Under the pieces are notes generated by a model that did not search any database, was not told the DNA's origin, and saw nothing but the letters and a program-made list of their open reading frames with translations. Source: Paramoeba atlantica (taxonomy: Eukaryota; Protista; Discosea). Taken from it: a DNA stretch of 14,949 nucleotides. The DNA lies in NCBI GenBank assembly GCA_977017575.1, contig CDRNVI010000136.1, positions 1 to 14,949 on the forward strand, read 5' to 3'. The translations under genes were made by a program, and so were the position numbers. Positions 10,047 through 14,949 of this stretch are shown piece after piece; the stretch's first letter is position 1; each line of letters begins with the position of its first letter.

Positions 10047-10085
10047 ACACGGTAACGATAGAGATACAGTTTCTGTACCTTGTTG
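10047..10085 (+). other. Spliced-leader-exon-like sequence (possible relic), no GT donor
   Basis: ACACGGTAACGATAGAGATACAGTTTCTGTACCTTGTTG resembles the recalled kinetoplastid/diplonemid 39-nt SL (e.g. AACTAACGCTATTATTGATACAGTTTCTGTACTATATTG): 16-nt exact GATACAGTTTCTGTAC, upstream TAACG, and TTG end at the same spacing. Followed by ATTTTTTT rather than GTA. Confidence 0.4.
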
Positions 10086-10262
10086 ATTTTTTTATTCTCA
10101 GACAGTACTAACTCTTGCGCACGCATCATCCTCACTGCGGTGTGGATGCCGTGCCTCCGTGGAGGGATTGGAGGCGTCGTTACGCATTCAATCCATTTCA
10201 ATCATACTAAGCCACTCCCATCCGGTTAAAAACAGAGCGATCTGTGGAACAAAGTGGTAGTA

Positions 10263-10291
10263 CAGTGAGTCGGAACGGAGGTTCTTTCAAC
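10263..10291 (-). repeat. Degenerate partial copy (D) of the LSU 3'-terminal helix
   Basis: CAGTGAGTCGGAACGGAGGTTCTTTCAAC matches CAGTGAGTCGGAACCGAGGTTCCTCCAAC at 26/29. Confidence 0.8.
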
Positions 10292-10511
10292 TAGATCATT
10301 CTGATTTTTTTGTTTTATGCGTCGTATGCACCTACTCTTGTGTATGCCGTAAGACCCAAGCTGTGTGTAAAAGAGGTTAAGTAAGAAGGTAGTGTGTTGA
10401 TTCACACATGTTCTTGTGCACATGAGAAGCACGTTCCTGAGATCCCCACGCCGTAATGCGGAGCGTCTTTGTGATCAAGGCATGGCCTTTGTTTACTCCC
10501 ATATCTTTGTT

Positions 10512-10612
10512 TACTCCTTGTTACGTAGATTGAATTGCACCTATGGGCACGTACACGGGCTCAGTGAGTCGGAACCGAGGTTCCTCCAACACTTACACCA
10601 GGTCGTGCATAA
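10512..10612 (-). repeat. Extra copy (C) of the LSU 3'-terminal module
   Basis: 80-nt core 10533-10612 identical to 11298-11377 (= 153-232); flank differs by one substitution and an 8-nt indel. Confidence 0.92.
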
Positions 10613-10821
10613 AGACTTTGTTGTCGTGTGAGTGGGTGTCTGACCCAACCATGAGACTACCATGAAGCGCTTTATGTACCTCTCGTGCATGTGGAACACA
10701 TACATTCTTGTGCACATGAGAAGCACGTTCCTGAGAACCCCACACTGTAATGCGGAGTCTTTGTGATCGAGACGGTTTTGTCTCTGTGATCAAGGCATAA
10801 CACCTTTGTGTTATCTTTGTT

Positions 10822-10932
10822 TACTCCTTGTTAGGTAGATTGAATTGCAAAATTGCACCTATGGGCACGTACACGGGCTCAGTGAGTCGGAACCGAGGTT
10901 CCTCCAACACTTACACCAGGTCGTGCATAAGG
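10822..10932 (-). repeat. Extra copy (B) of the LSU 3'-terminal module
   Basis: About 111 nt identical to 11269-11379; 80-nt core at 10851-10930. Confidence 0.93.
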
Positions 10933-11145
10933 ACTTTGTTGTCGTGTGAGTGGGTGTCTGACCCAACCATGAGGTTGTTGAGACTTGACCGTGGAGTGAG
11001 AGTGTATCAACACATGATCACACATAGCACACCTGCTATGTGCTCTACATCTGTTTCATTTATATAGTGAGGAAGCTGTGTAAGCTTGAAGAGAGAGGGT
11101 TGTGCAGGACTCACCGTGGATGTTGGTGACGAGAATGTGGGGTCC

Positions 11146-11688
11146 TTTTTTATTGACCACCCCTGTGGTTGTTTATATGGAATGCACGTTTGTGAGATCC
11201 CATGCAGGGATCTGAGTGTGTGTGTCAAGACTATTGCCTTGTTGTTGCCTAAGTTAGGCCTTGTTACCTACTCCTTGTTAGGTAGATTGAATTGCAAAAT
11301 TGCACCTATGGGCACGTACACGGGCTCAGTGAGTCGGAACCGAGGTTCCTCCAACACTTACACCAGGTCGTGCATAAGGAATCGTCTGTTCCGGGTGTGA
11401 TTGGACGCTCCGCTCTTTCATAGGGGTAGGGTTACTACCGCGCGTATTACTTGAGTAATTATGGTTTTCGCGCTCGCGTTTTGCGCCCAAGTGGCCTAGA
11501 AGGCCCAAGTTTGCTTCGGGATTGATTTCCAGCTTAAGAGGCGTTCAGCTGTTAATCATCGCCTGGTGGTCTTGCGGCGCCTCTTTTCAAAGGGCCGCTG
11601 TTGCTAGGGAGGCGAAACGAAAGTTCCTCTCGTACTACTTCGTATTTCCCTCGGCAAACCTGCCGAAATGTTTGATTAAGTAGGGTAA

Positions 11689-11732
<44 letters not shown>

Positions 11733-12477
11733 CATCCGGGTGAACAATCCGACCCTTTGCGTCAACTGCGGCGCAAGGCTAGGAAGAGCCGACATCGAAG
11801 GATCAAACGGCAACGTCGCTAGGAACGCTTGGCTGCCACAAGCCAGTTATCCCTGTGGTAATTTTTATGACACCTCTGGCATTATACCTGAATGTACGTG
11901 CTCAAAGGATCGCTGGCCATGCTTTCACATTCTAGACTCGTACTGAAAGTCTAAGATCAAGCGAGCTTTTGCCCTTGTGCGCCACGTGAGGTTTCTGTCC
12001 TCACTGAGCTCGCCTTAGGACACCTGCGTTGTCGTTTAGCAGATATGCCGCCCCAGCCAAACTCCCCATCTCAGTCTTGTCTCCAAACATAGGCTCACCC
12101 TGGTACATCCGCACCTGGGTTTAGAGCTACAACAGGTGAGTTGGCACCGTTGAATTTCCCGTAGGACTCGGACGGTGCACGAATGCCCTGGGAGCCGTGA
12201 AGCCCCTTAAGACATAACTCCCTTTGCCTTATCATTGGATTTGCCGAGCAACGATAAAAGAAGTGGTTTTTCAGAACCGGCACCCTTTCGAGCACCTCCC
12301 ACCTATGACTACACCTCCTATGTCGCCCGGCAAACTGAGACTGGAGTCAAACTCAACAGGGTCTTCTTTCCCCGCTTAATCATTCAAGACCGTTCCCTTG
12401 ACGCAGTTGGTTCGCTAGATGGTAGCTAGGGACAGTGGGAATCTCATTAATCCATTCATGCGCGTCTCTAATTAGAA

Positions 12478-12534
<57 letters not shown>

Positions 12535-13628
12535 GTAGGTGAATCTCGTCACATTGACATTCAGAGCACTGGGCAGAAATCAGCTTGCGTCATACAGCAC
12601 TTGGCTGCGTCGCAAGCCTGTGTTTTAATTATACAGTTGGATTCCCCTTGGTAAGCAGTTCTGAAACAGCAATTCAGCGCTGTGAGAGTTTGCCCGGCTG
12701 CACCGTCCCCGAAGGGTCGGCGTAGTCCCTGGAGGCCCCGTCAAGCGTGACACCGCAGCACACACGCCCCACCCACGCAAGGCGGGCGGAGCACGCGACG
12801 CGGGCACGTCAGCCAGGACCTTGAGCCCAGGGACTTGCCGGCTCCCAACAGCTTTGCCTTCAGAGCCAATGCTTCTCGCGAGCATACGCATCTAATTTGC
12901 CGACTTCCCTTAGACTACCTTGTTCTATTGGCTAGAGCTTTCTAAGCTTGGGGACCGGATGCGGATATGGGTACGGCCTGCCATCAGGAAATAGGACCCC
13001 GCTGGCTTTTTCTGAAGCGTGAGACGGTTTCCCTACCACGCACAAATGCATGGCTTTGCTGGATCCCCTTCCGCGTCACCGCACGACGCGAACTCAACGG
13101 AGGGGGAAGTCCATTCAAAAGAAAAGAGAACTCTTCCGGGCCCGTCCCACACTGTCACCAGCATCGTCTCAAAAGCGTTACCGCCTCAAATTCCCATGGT
13201 CAGCTGCGGGAATGTTAAGCCCGCTTTACTTTCAGCCAACTGGGTGGAGCCGTAGAGTTCCCAGGCATCGACGCCCGCCCACACGAGGTGAGCGAACGCG
13301 GCGCCCGGGCGGCCATCACCCCGTTCCACAAGTGCGGTCCAACGTTGGCTTTAGTACCGAGTGACTCGTGTCCGATCGCCGTTGACACGAAACCCTTCCC
13401 CACTTCAGCCTTCAACGATATATCGCGGAATTTCCGCAGTTGAATATTCGCTACTACAACCAAGATCTGCACTAGAGGCAGCTCCACCCAGGCTCACGCC
13501 AAAGGCTTCGCAGCTTTGCCTCCACGCACCCCTACACGGAACTGTGTTTCTTGTGCCCTCCCACAGTTACAGTTCCGGGGAACTGTCGGCGGCGGGCTTG
13601 AGCGCCATCCATTTTCGGGGCTGGTTGA

Positions 13629-13662
<34 letters not shown>

Positions 13663-14949
13663 ATTCCGACTTCCATGGCCACCGTCCTGCTGTCTAGATC
13701 AACGAACACCCTTCATGGTATCTATGAGCCCGCACTTAGGCGCCTTAAGTTCCCTTGCGGAGCATTCCGCATCGCCTGTTCCGCTTACCGAAAGAGGCCC
13801 ACTTGGTGACATCATCCATTACCTTTGGCTTCATGAAAGCAAGCCAAATGCTGTGCACGTTTAAAGTTTGAGAATAGGTCGACATCAAATTGAAGCCAAT
13901 GCCTCTAATCATTTGCTTTACCGCACACGACTGCTTTACTGTCACCAGCTATCCTGAGGGAAACTTCGGGGTGAACCAGCTACTAGGTGGTTCGATGAGT
14001 CTTTCGCCCCTATACCCAAATCCAACGAGTGATTTGCACGTCAACATCGCTACGGACCTCCACCCAGGTTTCCCTCGGCTTCGTCCTGTTCAGGCATAGA
14101 TCACCACCTTTCGGGTCCCAACATGTATGCTCAGGCTCAAAAACCCGGCCCATGGCCAAGTCTCGGCCGGTGTTGCACCCGGGTGCGGGGCATAACCCCG
14201 CACAACGGGTTGACACCTCACGCGGACATACGCGCTTCCCTTTCAGTACGCCTTATACCTTTCCAGTATATGACTCGCATACTTGTTAGACTCCTTGGTC
14301 CGTGTTTCAAGACGGGCGGATGAACCCCATCGTGGCCTATGGCCATCTCAAAGTCTGTCTGTGGAGAGCGAACACGGGAGCTCCTGCCGCGAACCCCATC
14401 CGAGCCGGAGGCCCCCACCCGAGGGCGGGAGACGCTCCAAACCCAGGACGGAGCCGCAGCCGAGATCTCCACCGTTTCATCCCTCCCGAAGGGTAAGACT
14501 GTCCCAACCACACGCTCGAGTACAAAAGTGACGAAGGTGCGAAATCACACCAACCCCCTTGCTCGGCGTGGGAACAGCGACAGACATGACGTGTGCGGAA
14601 GACACCCCGGGGTTGCCCCCGAGGTGCCCTACACACGTCTTGGATAGTGGTACATCCCTTATCTTATGACGGCTTCAGGTGCTATTTCACTCTCTCTCCA
14701 AAGTGCTTTTCATCTTTCGCTCACGCTACTTGTATGCTATCGGTCTTCCCAAGATATTTAGCCTTGGCAGAGGTATACCTGCCCTTCGCACTGCATTCCC
14801 AAGCAGTACTACTCCGCAAGTCTCAAGTTAATCCCGCCTGAGGAGGACTCGGATCAAGGGGCTCTCACCCTCTATGGCGCTCCGTTCCAGGAAGACTTGT
14901 CCGAGTGTCCAGGCTTTCCTGAGACCTCTTACCCCACAATTCGGATGTG
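11146..14949. repeat. Second copy of positions 1-3804; rDNA unit length 11,145 bp
   Basis: For example TCAGTGAGTC at 181 and 11326; every ORF in 37-3696 recurs with identical translation at +11,145. Confidence 0.97.
11305..14949 (-). rRNA. LSU rRNA gene, copy 2 (5' ~125 nt beyond window end)
   Basis: Identical to copy 1 at offset 11,145; the ORF track is also reproduced exactly at that offset. Confidence 0.97.

Larger units (their letters stand above)
10405..10973. repeat. Imperfect tandem duplication of a ~300-320-bp unit that carries copies C and B
   Basis: Shared blocks TTCTTGTGCACATGAGAAGCACGTTCCTGAGA..TAATGCGGAG (~10412-10463 and ~10706-10756) and GACTTTGTTGTCGTGTGAGTGGGTGTCTGACCCAACCATGAG (10614-10655 and 10932-10973). 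Confidence 0.88.
6437..11304. other. rDNA intergenic spacer including 5' and 3' ETS (about 4.9 kb)
   Basis: Lies between SSU 5' end of one unit and LSU 3' end of the next; repeat-rich; Pol I start site and terminator cannot be located from sequence alone. Confidence 0.9.

Noticed and set aside
10201-10227. ATCATACTAAGCC...CCCATCCG, and CATCCCGTTCG on the minus strand near 6966-6976, resembling parts of 5S rRNA
   Set aside because: The similarity does not extend, spacing is wrong, and no 5S 3' half or box C is present.

Overview
The window is a eukaryotic nuclear rDNA repeat on the minus strand with an exact 11,145-bp period: positions 1-3804 recur at 11146-14949 with no difference I could see. 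One unit reads, on the minus strand, SSU/18S (~4413-6436), ITS1 (~255 nt), 5.8S (~4003-4158), a very short ITS2 (~74 nt) and LSU/28S (~160-3928), followed by a ~4.9-kb spacer (IGS plus ETS, ~6437-11304). rRNA signature motifs point to Euglenozoa (kinetoplastid/diplonemid-like), but the LSU gene looks contiguous, without long internal spacers. No credible protein-coding gene, 5S gene, tRNA or group I intron was seen. The unusual content is in the spacer: (i) the LSU 3'-terminal helix module is re-copied as two more identical 80-nt copies plus one degenerate copy; (ii) a 41-nt palindromic tandem array whose last 61 bp are mirrored as an inverted repeat 553 bp away; (iii) a 27-nt GGTGGCCA array present at two sites; (iv) a 39-nt spliced-leader-like sequence lacking its splice donor. 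All identifications are by eye and from recalled consensus sequences; boundaries are approximate.
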